A stretch of DNA of 64,000 nt, from contig OX597819.1 in NCBI GenBank assembly GCA_951406725.2, forward strand, positions 90,210,001 to 90,274,000. The letters are read 5' to 3'. Source of the stretch: Octopus vulgaris (Eukaryota). Position numbers and translations under genes: made by a program. The notes under the pieces were generated by a model. The model did not search any database and was not told the origin of the DNA. It worked only from the letters and a program-made list of their open reading frames with translations. Below are positions 26,594 to 41,016 of this stretch, piece by piece. The stretch's first letter is position 1. The number at the start of each line of letters is the position of its first letter.

Positions 26594-27093
26594 GGCCACA
26601 TAGCCCAGTGGCTTGGGCAGCGGACTTGCAGTTGTAGGATCGCAGTTTCAATTCCCAGACCAGGCATTGTAAGTGTTTATTGAGCAAAAACACCTAAAGC
26701 TCCATGTGGCTCCAGCAGGGAGTGGTGGTGAACCCTGCTGTACTCTTTCACCACAACTTTCTCTCACGCTTTCTTCCTGTTTCTGTTGTACCTGTATTTC
26801 AAAGGACCAACCTTGTCACACTCTGTGTCATGCTGAATCTCCCCGAGAACTATGTTAAGGGTGCACGTGTCTGTGAAATGCTCGGCCACTTGCACGTTAA
26901 TAAATGAGCTGCAATGTCACTGGTGCCAAGATGTATCGGCTTTTGCCTTTCCCTTGGATAACATTGATGGCATGGAGAGAGGAGGCTGATATGCATGGGC
27001 AACTGCTGGTCTTCCATAAACAACCTTGCCAGACTTGTGCCGCTGAGGGTAACTTTCTAAGTGCAATCCCATGGTCATTCTTGACCGAAGGGG
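26594..27093 (+). mobile_element. Composite tRNA-derived SINE (distinct head/body plus family C tail)
   Basis: ggccacatagcccagtgg A box and gtttcaattccc B box. 26905-27093 matches the reverse complement of 21585-21770. Confidence 0.7.
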
Positions 27094-27095
27094 AT

Positions 27096-27132
<37 letters not shown>

Positions 27133-27218
27133 GTAGGTCCCGGGTTGATTCGGGGTTAACCACAGTAAATAAGGTACTCAATACATAGCAGAGTAAAATT
27201 AATTTATTATATAGAAGG

Positions 27219-27269
27219 AGCTTCTACAGGACTAGAACTGTTTCATTCAAGAGAAATCTTCAGGAAGCT
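27219..27269 (-). ncRNA. Type I hammerhead ribozyme (inverted pLTR copy)
   Basis: Exact reverse complement of 35624-35674. Confidence 0.85.
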
Positions 27270-27380
27270 AGTTAACAAGAATTGTATTGGCATTTATACA
27301 TTTAGGCAGGTTTAAAGGGGTGTTGGTGGGGGACTTTTTTGGGGTAGGCATAGCGCAAAATATCATACTTGGGGGAGTGG

Positions 27381-28647
27381 ACTTTTCTTTTCTATGATGG
27401 ATCCCACTGGATCAACAAAAAATCTGTGACCCCCTTCGACGTCAGCATGGGTGCTAACGACTCTGCTGAAATAAGTGACCTAGTGGGCCTTTTCATCCTC
27501 CATAGGCTGAAAACCCTATTCACAGGCCTCTCCGGTGGTCTTTACCGCGATGACGGCCTTTTCGCCCTCCACAAAATAAACCCCAGGATCACGGATGGGT
27601 TCCGGAAAAATCTTTACACCTTCTTTAAAAACTTAGGCCTTAGGATTACCTTAGAATCCAACTTAACAAAAGCTAACTTCCTTGATGTCACCCTCGACTT
27701 AAAAACCTCACTTTATTACCCGTACCACAAACCGAATGAATCCCTTAGATATATAGATATTAATTCCAACCACCCCAAAAATATATTAGATAACCTAGTA
27801 AAAAGTGTCTCAATTAGAATTTCTAGCCTGTCCGCCACGGAAGATATCTTTAAGGCCGCAGCCCCCTATTACAACGAGGCCCTGGCCCGTAGTGGCTTTA
27901 AAGATAAGATTACCTATACTAGTATAGCCCCACGCCAACCCAGGAAAAATAGACGAAGACACATTAGCTGGTACAACCCCCCTTCAACCGTGAGGTCGCT
28001 ACACCTGTAGCTAAAATCTTCTTCACTCTCCTACAGAAACACTTCCCCACCCAACATAAGTACTACACTATCCTAAATAAGAATACTATTAGACTCTCCT
28101 ACTCTACCACGCCCAATCTAGCCAGGAACCTAGCCAACAACAATGTGAAAAAACTTAACATATCTACTTTTTCCGAGGCCCATCCAACGTCCGATAGCAA
28201 TTGCAACTTCCCGGATAAAACCACCTGCCCCCTCAACAACAACTGCCTACAGAGGGACCTAGTATATACATGCGAGGTAAGATCAGGCCCTGACGATAAA
28301 AGAAAATCCTACATCGGAATGACGTCAAACAGCTTTAAGACCCGTTGGTACGCACACACACACACTCGTTCCGGCGACAGGATAAATCCAACCAAACTAC
28401 CCTCGCCGCCCACATCTGGTACCTTAAAAGGAACTCCATCCCCTTCAAGACCAAGTGGAAACTACTACAGAAGGCGCGCTCGTACACAGGAGGCCATACC
28501 TGCTGTGACCTCTGCATATTGGAGAGCCTAGAGATCTTGTTCGCCAAAGGCCCTCTCCTTAACAAAATCTCAGAACACTCCCCAAATTGTATGCATAAGA
28601 AGTATGCGAACTACAAGAACTATAGACCTACCCGGCAACCAGATTGA
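27381..28647 (+). pseudogene. PLE reverse transcriptase C-terminal half + GIY-YIG endonuclease (frameshifted)
   Basis: FDVSMGANDSAEISDLVGL, GLYRDDGL, NFLDVTLDL, WYNPP, LVYTCEV..SYIGMTSNSFKTRW, CDLCILE and CMHKK. Two frameshifts, near 27980 and 28360. Confidence 0.92.
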
Positions 28648-28739
28648 TGACACCCCAACCACAACCCCCCCCCAATCCCACCGTTCCCCTAGCACCCCCG
28701 ATTAACTTTTCTCCTAAGACCTTTCACATATTGTATGTG

Positions 28740-31050
<2,311 letters not shown>

Positions 31051-34000
31051 CATCATCATCATCATCATCATCATCATCGTTTAGCGTCCGTTTTCCATGC
31101 TAGCATGGGTTGGACGGTTCTACTGAGGTCTGTGAAGCCAGAAGGCTTCATCAGGCCCAGTCAAATCTGGCAGTGTTTCTACGGCTGGATGCCCTTCCTA
31201 ACGCCAACCACTTCGTGAGTGTAGTGGGTGCTTTTTACGTGCCACCCGCACTGGTGCCAGACAGAGCTGGCAAACGGCCACGAACGGATGGTGCTTTTTA
31301 TGTGCCACCGGCACGAGGGCCAGGCGAGGCTGGCAACGGACACGAAACGGGGCGGTGCTGGCAACGGTCGCGAAACGGAAAGTTCTCTTACATGCCACCG
31401 GCACTGGTAACACATCTGCAATTTCCATTGATCGATTTCCATTGATCGATTTCGATTCTGATCCTCACTTGCCTCAACGGGTCTTCACAAGCAGAGTTTC
31501 GACATGCCACCGGCACTGGTAGCACATCCGCAATTTCCATTGATCGATTTCGATTCTGATCCTCACTTGCCTCAACACGTCTTCACAAGTAGAGTTTTGT
31601 GTCCCAAGAAGGGAAGGTATGCATACGTAGGCTGGCTCCATCCCATGTAGAAGGCCACGGGTTATGGACTCACTTGTCCTGCCGGGTCTTCTCGCGCACA
31701 GCACACTTCCAGAGGTCTCGGTCTCTAGTCATTTCCTCAGTGAGACCTAAAGTTCGAAGGTCGTGCTTCACCACCTCGTCCCAGGTTTTCCTGGGTCTGC
31801 CTCTTCCACAGGTTCCCTCAACCGCTAGGGTGTGGCACTTTTTCACACAACTATCTTCATCCATTCTCGCCACATGACCATACCAGCGCAAACGTCTCTC
31901 TTGCACACCACAACTGATGCTTCTTAGGTCCAGCTTTTCTCTCAAGGTACTTACACTCTGCCGAGTGTGAGTACCGGCATTACACATCCATCGGAGCATA
32001 CTGGCTTCATTTCTAGCGAGCTTACGCATATCCTCAGCAGTCACGGCCCATGTTTCACTGCCATGTAGCATGGCTGTTCGTACACACGCATCATACAGTC
32101 TGCCTTTCACTCTGTGCGAGAGGCCTTTTGTCACCAGCAGAGGTAAGAGCTCTCTGAACTTTGCCCAAGCTATTCTTACTCTAGCAGTTACACTTTCAGC
32201 ACACCCGCCCCCGCTGCTGACTTGGTCACCTAGGTAACGGAAACTATCAACTATTTCTAGTTTTTCTCCCTGGAAAGTGACGGAAGTTGGTCTCAGAGCA
32301 TTTTCAGTGTTTATTGTTCCTGAGCATCTGCCACATACAAAAACCATCTTCCTAGTTAGCCTTCCTTTGACATTGCTGCATCTCTTATGTGTCCAAAGCT
32401 TACACTTGGTGCATCTTATAGAGTTTCTACCTACACCTTTTCTACAGATCGAGCAGGGCCATCTACCTGAAGGTGTTTGTGATTTGTCTACCTTCCTACT
32501 GATTACGACTTTGGTTTTAGCTAGATTGACTCTGAGGCCCTTCGATTCTAATCCTTGTTTCCACACCTGAAACTTCTCCTCCAGTTCTGATAGCGACTCA
32601 GCAATTAGAGCAAGGTCATCAGCATAGAGGAGCTCCCAAGGGCATCCTGCTTTGAATTCCTCCGTTATTGCCTGGAGGACTATGATAAATAGGAGGGGGC
32701 TGAGTACTGAGCCTTGGTGGACTCCTACCTCTACCCGGAATTCTTCACTGTACTCATTTCCAACCCTCACCCTACTAGCGGCGTCCCTATACATGGCCCG
32801 CACAGCTCTCACTAACCATTCATCTATCCCTAGTTTCCTCATTGCCCACCAGATAAGGGATCGGGGGACCCTGTCGAAGGCTTTCTCCATGTCAACAAAA
32901 GCCAGGTACAGGGGCTTATCTTTGGCTAGGTATTTCTCCTGCAGCTGCCTTACCAGGAATATAGCATCAGTAGTACTTTTCCCTGGCACAAACCCAAACT
33001 GCATCTCATCTAAACTAACTCTCTCTCTAATTAGTTGGGCTATGACCCTCTCCGTAACCTTCATCACCTGGTCCAACAGCTTGATACCTCTGTAGTTATT
33101 TGTATCTAGGGCATCACCTTTACCTTTGTAGCAGTTGACTATTATACTGCTACACCAGTCATTGGGTATGACCCCTTTGTGTATCACCTGATTAACTATA
33201 CGGGTGACTAGGCTATAGCCGACACTACCAGACATTTTGAGCATCTCTGCAGTGATTCCTGATGGGTCTGGGGCTTTCCCTGTCTTCATGCTTCTAATTG
33301 CCTTAGCTACCACAGAACTATCAACTCAGATAGCTGGTCCCTCTGTTGGGTCAACATTCGGCAGACTCTCTTTATCCCATTCATTTTCTTCATTCAGCAA
33401 CCTTTCATAGTGGCATCTCCAAACCTCTCTCTTTGCATCCTCATTTAGCGCAAGTGAACCATCTTCCATGCGAACACACTTCTCTCCTACCACATCACGA
33501 TTCTCTCTCACACACTGTCTTGCAACACGAAACACCTCCAGTCTTTGGTCCTCACGGCGCAGAACATTGGCAAATTTTTTCTTATCTGCTTCCCCTCTGG
33601 CTAAATAAACCTGTCTCCTAGCTTCTCTTTTGGCAGTCTGATACAATTCCCTGCTACCCCCATTTTTCCAGACCTTCCAAGCCTGTCTCTTTTCTCTAAT
33701 AGCCCTGTCTACAATATTGTTCCACCACCACGTTATTCTAGGTCGAGAGGGGACTTTGCACCAGCCACAGATCTGGTCAGTGGCTCTCAGCAGGTTGTCC
33801 CTTAGAAACGTCCAGCTGTCTTCTACCCCCTGTGATGCTCTATCCCCTTCTACTTCGTCAGAGGCTTCAAGTAATATGTCCCTAAATCTCTGTCCATTTG
33901 CAGGATCTTTAAGCTTCCAGATCCTTCTTCTCCATATTTGTCGTCTTCTGGTTGTCCTCCTAGTCCTGATCCTAAAGTCACTAACTACCAGTCTATGTTG

Positions 34001-34716
34001 TGGGGTACATTCTTCACCTGGGAAGGTTTTGGCATTTATAAGCAGCCATCTCTCCCTTTGCCTTGTAAGGATGTAGTCAATTTGGCTGGTATGTTGGCCC
34101 GATTGGTAAGTGACTAGGTGGCTGGTAGGTTTCCTGAAGTTAGTGTTGCAAATCATAAGATTATTTGCATCGCAGAACTCCAGCAGCCTGGTTCCCTCCT
34201 CGTTGCGGGAGCCATAGCCATAGCCTCCATGTACGCCATGGAAGCCCCCAGCATGTCGTCCAACGTGACCATTGAAGTCACCAGCCACAAAGATAAGGTC
34301 TCTGTCGTTCGTCAACGAGGTAGTCTGCAGTAGAGTGTCATAGAATCGGTCTTTCTGTCCATCGGGTAGCCCCGACTGAGGAGCATAGGCTGATATAATG
34401 GTTGCTAAACTATGATGAAGCACTAATCTAATCTTAAGTATTCTGTCACATACTCTGATTACCTCAATTACTTTATCTACCCATTTCTCAGCGATAAGTA
34501 TACCCACGCCACCAACCCCGTCAGTGTTCCCTGCCCAGAAAATCTTGTACCTGTGTTCCTTGCCTGTGAGGAACCTAGCTGATCCTCCTCTCCACCTTAT
34601 TTCTTGCATGCAACATATATCCACACATCTCCGTTCAAGCATCTCGACTATCTCACCAGACCTACCTTTCAGAGTGCCAACGTTGAGGGTGCCAACCCTG
34701 AGGGTGTGGGAGGCAT
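31051..34716 (-). mobile_element. Near full-length RTE-clade LINE (APE endonuclease + RT), truncated at the start of APE
   Basis: (GAT)n tail, repetitive 3' UTR and one reading frame from about 34714 to 31670 with a single stop. Motifs: LRVGTLNV, MQE, AGDFNGHVG, SQIDYIL, QHRLV, QFGF, FVDMEKAFD, QGSVLSPLLF, YADD and RGRPRKTW. Confidence 0.96.
31670..34714 (-). pseudogene. RTE ORF (APE-RT with internal PHD-type finger), one in-frame TGA at 33326-33328
   Basis: ORFs 33326..34642 and 31670..33313 are in the same frame (GPAI*VDSSVVAKAI). The frame is also open upstream of 34642. Confidence 0.93.
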
Positions 34717-34978
34717 GAATATAACGCGTGCGTGCGTGTATGTGTATGAGTGTACGAATGAGTGAGTGTACGTGCTAAAGAGTGTGCATGAGTGAATGAG
34801 TGCTTGTTTTCCAGTAGACAGATAAATGGACTGGCTGTCATAGCCAAGATGTTTGTGACCAAGCGGCCAAAGATAACAAAAGTAATAAACGAAGATAATA
34901 AAATTAAAATTAGGGAATGGGTCTGTATTTGTATGTGTATATATATATGTGTGTATGTGTAGGTATGCATAGGTACAC

Positions 34979-35020
<42 letters not shown>

Positions 35021-35623
35021 ATGTATGTGTGTGTATATATGTGTGTATGTGTATATATGTGTATATAGGGACTAGTGTGCTGTGTGTGCATGTGTGTGTG
35101 TGGATTTGTGTGTGTATGCGTGTATGTGAGTATGTGTGTGTATGTGTATATATATTTTTCTGTGTGTATATGTATGTGTGGTCGTGTGTGTATATATACA
35201 TGTGTGTATACGTGTATGCATGTGAGTGTGTGTATGTATACATATATGTGTATGTGTAGATATGTATATGTATGTGTAAGTGTATATATATGTATATATA
35301 TGTGTGTGTATGTATGTGTGTATGTATATGTATATAGGTTTGTATGCGTGTGTATATATGTATACATATGTGCATAGGTATAAGTGAGAATCTCCTTATT
35401 TACCTAAAACTCTATTCCCCTTTTTTTATATATATATTTTTTTATTTTTTTATTTTTTTATTTTTTTATTTTTTTATTTATTCTTCTATCTAATTTAACA
35501 CTGACTCCTTGACCACTCCCCCAAGTATGATATTTTGCGCTATGCCTACCCCAAAAAAGTCCCCCACCAACACCCCTTTAAACCTGCCTAAATGTATAAA
35601 TGCCAATACAATTCTTGTTAACT

Positions 35624-35674
35624 AGCTTCCTGAAGATTTCTCTTGAATGAAACAGTTCTAGTCCTGTAGAAGCT
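35624..35674 (+). ncRNA. Type I hammerhead ribozyme in PLE 3' pLTR
   Basis: AGCTTC-CTGAAGA-tttc tctt gaat-GAAA-cag ttctagtc ctg-TA-GAAGCT. Perfect 6-bp stem I, stem III ACAG/CTGT, and predicted cleavage after A35668 (GUA). There is a U-U at the base of stem II. Confidence 0.85.
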
Positions 35675-35752
35675 CCTTCTATATAATAAATATATATATA
35701 TATAGCAATAATAATTCTCTAAATGAGATATCGACAGTAACTGCTCCATAAC

Positions 35753-35992
35753 ATAAGAGGCATTAGCCATCTGAATATGGCTAGGGACAGGGCAGGGTGG
35801 TGGGGGTGTTACTGTTGCATTTAGCCCCAGGCGAACATCAACGTCACCAGAAAGGCTTGACAACATCACGAGAGAACGCCGTGATGGTGTCAAGCCTTTC
35901 TGGTGACGTTGATGTTCGCCTGGGGCTAAATGCAACAGTAACACCCCCACCACCCTGCCCTGTCCCTAGCCATATTCAGATGGCTAATGCCT

Positions 35993-35997
<5 letters not shown>
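35753..35997. repeat. Near-perfect 245-bp palindrome (118-bp arms, 9-nt loop)
   Basis: 35753-35870 pairs with 35880-35997, with one mismatch seen (35863/35887). (TA)n lies on both sides. Confidence 0.95.
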
Positions 35998-36038
<41 letters not shown>

Positions 36039-36289
36039 TGTATGTATGTATGTTCATGTCTTGCCTCCTGCGCACAATCTGTTCTCCTCTCCCCTACCAA
36101 CAAACCTGGCCCACAACATAACCTCCCAATACTCCATCCTTCCACCTACTCATTACAACTGCCCTCCATCTACCACTCTCCTTTTACAATCTCGTGAACT
36201 CATCCACTCACCCTTTCTAATCCCCAGCCTACTCACCGTCACCACCTCTTTATTTCTCTCACACTCTCTTCCCCCCCCGTCTCTGCCTT

Positions 36290-36468
36290 GTAAAAAGCAT
36301 CCAGTACACTTTGTAAAGTGATTGTCATTAGGAAGGGCATTGTACCATAGAAACCATACCAAAACAGACAGCAGAACTCGGTGCAGTCTTCTGACTTACC
36401 AGTTCCTATGAAGCCATCCAACCCATGCCAGCATGGAAAACGGATGTTAGATAAGGATGATGATGATG
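36290..36468 (+). mobile_element. RTE-type LINE 3' end
   Basis: aggaagggcat..ccatccaacccatgccagcatggaaaacggatgtt followed by (GAT)n. Confidence 0.75.
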
Positions 36469-36569
36469 TATATCAAAGCAAATACAAATAATAAAAAACA
36501 ACAAAAGGCCAGGCGATATTTATGGTTAATATTATTATTATTGTTATTTTTTTTCCTTCTTCAAATTTT

Positions 36570-37019
36570 CTTCCATTTCTTGCCGGGTGTTTTCCGTACA
36601 CCTAGGGCAGAGAAGCTCATTGCATGCATTCCCAGATTACACACGCAAATTCACTGGTAAGATATGTATTTAAAAAAATTAATAAATTCATAAATGGATG
36701 TTGTTTCACAGTGATAATGCTCTTCTCAGTACATGAATTGTTCCAGTTAATACGATTTTTTGCACTTCCTATAGGGATAGTAAGACTGGTATCATTTTCA
36801 AATAGGCTTCAGTGCCTTTTTTTTTATAATTCCTAGAGATCCTACAATCACTGGTACTGTAGTTGCTTTGAGATGCCACATTTTTTTCAATTTCTATTGG
36901 CAAGTCTTTATATTTCTTGATCTTGTCAAATTCTTTCGCCGTTATATTGTAACCGCAAGGAATACTCATGTCAATTAATAAACACACCTTTTTTGTCTGA
37001 TCTTTTATAATAATATCCA

Positions 37020-37020
<1 letters not shown>
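36570..37020 (-). mobile_element. RLE-type (R4/Dong-like) non-LTR 3' fragment
   Basis: DIIIKDQTKKVCLLIDMSIP..KEFDKIKKYKDLPIEIEK, a PD-(D/E)xK restriction-like endonuclease motif. Confidence 0.75.
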
Positions 37021-37070
<50 letters not shown>

Positions 37071-37083
37071 CATTATTATTTTA

Positions 37084-37119
<36 letters not shown>

Positions 37120-37340
37120 TAGTGGGTGAGCTGACAGAATCATTAGTGTGCCAAACAAAATGCTTAACGACATTTCATCTGTCTTTACGTTCTGAGTTCA
37201 AATTCTGCCATGGTTGACTTTGCTTTTCATCCTTTAGGAGGTTGATAAAATAAGTACCAGTTGAGCACCTGGGTGGGCAGGGATTTAATTGACTTTACCC
37301 CTTCCCCAAAATTGCTGGCCTTGTGCCAAGATTTGAGACT
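37120..37340 (+). mobile_element. SINE family B
   Basis: Family B head, B box and core. Confidence 0.8.
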
Positions 37341-37932
37341 AGTATCATTTGTTTGATGCTCAAGTAAGGAATAAGAAGTTAAGGAGTAAAAGTAGAATTA
37401 TTCAGCTATAAGCCCTTGCCGGATACCAGAGAAAAATCCCAGGGGAAATGAGAAAAGACAGAAGATTAAAAAGAAGAGACCCAGGAAAAAACTCATGTAG
37501 GTTAGGTCATAGGTCAAATATATTAACTTTACCCATGAGCATTTTTTGTGCATCTCTTTTTTTTTTTCTCTTTTTATCTCTTCCTTCTCTTCCCAATCTA
37601 TTCTGAACATTCCTCTGGTATCAAACAAAGGATTATCTCTAAGACATCATACTTTTATGCTATGATTTTTATTCCTTCTTTGAGTATCAACCTAATAATG
37701 TTAAATATGGACATACCTTGATTTTTTTATTATTAATATTATTATTATTATTTGTGTTTGCTTTGATTTTATCATTGCATGCTTACATGGACCTTCCACA
37801 TCTATCCAACCAATACATCAGAGTACCTTAATTCTAGGATTATCTTACACTTACACCTTTGATACCTTTGGATTACCATCTTGGATTACATCGGATCTCT
37901 ACCCTTGACTATATATACGTATATGTAGATAG

Positions 37933-37996
<64 letters not shown>

Positions 37997-38103
37997 CGTA
38001 GGTTTGAAATGTAAAAGACTTTTTCTATTCCTGATAATTATACAATACATCTGTTTGTTTTGTACACCACCTGTCTTTGTCTTTTGTTTTTTTCGTAAAC
38101 TCT

Positions 38104-38163
<60 letters not shown>

Positions 38164-38252
38164 GTGTGTGTGTGTGTGTATGTATAGATAGATAGGTAGA
38201 TAGATATAGATAGATATATAGATGTATATATATATATATATACACAAATGTA

Positions 38253-38300
<48 letters not shown>

Positions 38301-38312
38301 AATGTATGTATG

Positions 38313-38347
<35 letters not shown>

Positions 38348-38544
38348 ATGTATGTACATAGATGTGCTCACATTTAAACAAAGCATAGTCTTCATCTGGT
38401 AATGCTTAAATCCAACCAACTTAAGTCATATTTATAAATTTTCTAATAGTATGCTTTACATTTTCTAGAACATAAGTGTTTTCATCTTCACTGTTCTTCA
38501 TTTTTCATTTCAATACTTTTCAACATTCTTTTTTTCTATTACAG

Positions 38545-38584
38545 TTATGATGTGGATTGCAAAAGTGCTAACTTGGATAAACAT
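38545..38584 (+). CDS. CPNE8: Copine exon (C2A domain Ca-binding loop; YDVDCKSANLDKH)
   Basis: A 40-nt exon between a strong acceptor (ttctttttttctattacag) and a gtaagt donor. It translates 1 nt + YDVDCKSANLDKH, matching the copine C2A motif YDVDSKSPNLSKH. It ends in phase 0, compatible with the next exon. The exact paralog (CPNE5/8/9 group) is uncertain. Confidence 0.88.
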
Positions 38585-41016
38585 GTAAGTAAAGCCATTT
38601 CTAATTTGTGTTTATTTGAAATTGTAACTTCTCTAGAAAAAAAATATTAAAATGTCTTAGTTTTTCTGTTTTAGTTTGAAGAACACTTTCTTGGAATATT
38701 TGTTTGTTCAGTAGATTGTACGCAGGAGGCATGACATGAACATACATACATACGTACGTGTGTTTGTGTGTGTATGCTACAGATACACCCTATACATAAA
38801 CACATTCCAGTTTATCACCTGTTAACTGTCCCTTGACAAGATAAGCCAATGAGTTTCAATGCAGACAGTTGTCCTGCTAGAAATATCAGTTAAGTTTCCC
38901 TCAAATCACATTTTTTCTGTATTAAAAGAGTAAGATCACATTAGAAAATGTAGTCTTTTATACACTTAAAAAAGCATGAGTATTGTAGCTGTAACACCTT
39001 TGAATTTAGATCTGCCTGTCCAACATTAACCTGGAGTTAAACTACAAGAACCTTTAAGAATACCTTTTAATTTAGGTGATAGTTAATGGCATATCTATTG
39101 GATTGTAGATACACCACTACAACGTTTGTCTTCATGTTGTGAATTTAGAGCAAGTCTGCTTAGTGGGGCAATATTAGGAACTTTGTCTAAAATCTGTTAG
39201 CCTGGCAAAACATCAGAATTTACTTGGTATATTTTAATAAAAAAAACTTTACTATCTTCTGCTTCTAGTAGACTGATAATGTGAACAATATAACTTCAAT
39301 AAATTTATTAAAGATAATCTCCAAGAATCGGGGATTTTATCTTCATTCATTCATTCATCCACCCTATGACCATAACATCATCTGCTGTCCTTAACAATCG
39401 CCTTCATCTGGTGAGGAACTTGTTGATCCCTAAAGACTTCTAATTCTTTTGTATTATTATCAGTCATCATTATCATCATCATCATTGCAGTGTATCTAAG
39501 ACCATATTATCTAATGTATCCTTTCTGTTTCCAAGACGGTAAGGTGTAATTTGAGAGGAATTTGGTTGATATTTCTAGCAGGTCATGTGACCACATAGAG
39601 GCTCTTTTGTTAGTTCATTATCAACGACAATATTAACAATGGTGAAGTGATACTAGGGGATGATGATGTTGATGATGGCGGTGGCAGTGGCAGCAATCAA
39701 ATGATGCCTTCAAATGGAAAATAAAACAAAACTTTCTTGTGAGAAATTCAGACTATGCACAAAGTGTTTTCAATCGAATCACTACTCTTTTAACTTGCCA
39801 ATTATTTCACTGTGCAGAAAATATTTTTGAATGAGTCACTGCAAATTATATTTTTCTTAACACATGAATAGTTTCAAAAATGATATCAGAAATAAACAAA
39901 CCTCTGTTGTTGCACCCTTCATGTCTAATGATTATAGAAACATCATTTTCTATGTGCTAGCAGGTAGAAAAAAAAAATGCAATTCTTGAAAGACATAAAA
40001 TTGATTGTGATAATGGTTGAACTATACAAAATATTGAATTTTGAGAATCACAGTTTGTCTTTGGTGCATATCTTAAGAAAATTAGTTTTAAAAAAATGGA
40101 AATTAAAACATTGCTGAAATGAAGGTATTTTTGAACAAAAGATATTTATATTTCCCCCAAGAATAACTTATTAATTTACTTGTTCGTGCTGTGTTATATG
40201 AAAGAAGAATACAACTTATAAGCCAATATATATTGTTCTACACTATTATTCTCATTACATTTGTACTAGTGTATTTAACATTACAAGTTGCTCCTGTCAA
40301 GTAGGAAATGTTCAAATTATGTTGCTTCATTAGTTTATTTAAGAAATTTAAAATTTTAATGATGAAGCAGTAAAAATCTCTCAAGAGTCTCTGCCAACAT
40401 TAAAACATAAGATTATTAGAAAATGAACAACTGTCAGCTACCAAGACCTTGACAAGAAAACAGATATAAAACATTTAAATACTAACCCACATGAGACTAC
40501 CCATACCAAAGTGTTTGTAGTGAAATTAAAATCTTGATCAAAATCTCATAACATGAACGAACGATATGTCAGTTGGTCAAAAACCAAATAATTTATTAAT
40601 GATGTAAAGTTACAGAAATTTTCCAAATCTTTATTAATTGAAAATCAAATTAAATTCATGGGTAGTTACTCACTGGAAATAGAGTCACCAAAGGGTTAAA
40701 TATAATATAAAATTATAAAAATAACTCTAGAAAATGTTTTACAGCTAGCTTTGCTCATTTAGCTCCAGTTTCAATTTTACTGACATATTTGATATTTAAT
40801 ACAAACAAGAACACCATAGTGTAAATACTCTGTTAATAAATTTAATAAATCAAATGTAACCCTTGCCCTCTCTATTGAATTATTTATTCTTATTTTATCA
40901 GTAGAGACATTCATCCATAAGAGCAATTCCCCCACATAAAGACAAAAAATAAAATGGAATATGGATGATTCTGTTGCAGCATAGCTTACTGTTGTCAGCC
41001 TTCATAATGTCAATGC

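Noticed and set aside
26550-26600. CTGAAGA..GAAA spacing
   Set aside because: Stems II and III cannot be formed in register. Similar chance cores at 14728 and 28290 lie in coding remnants.
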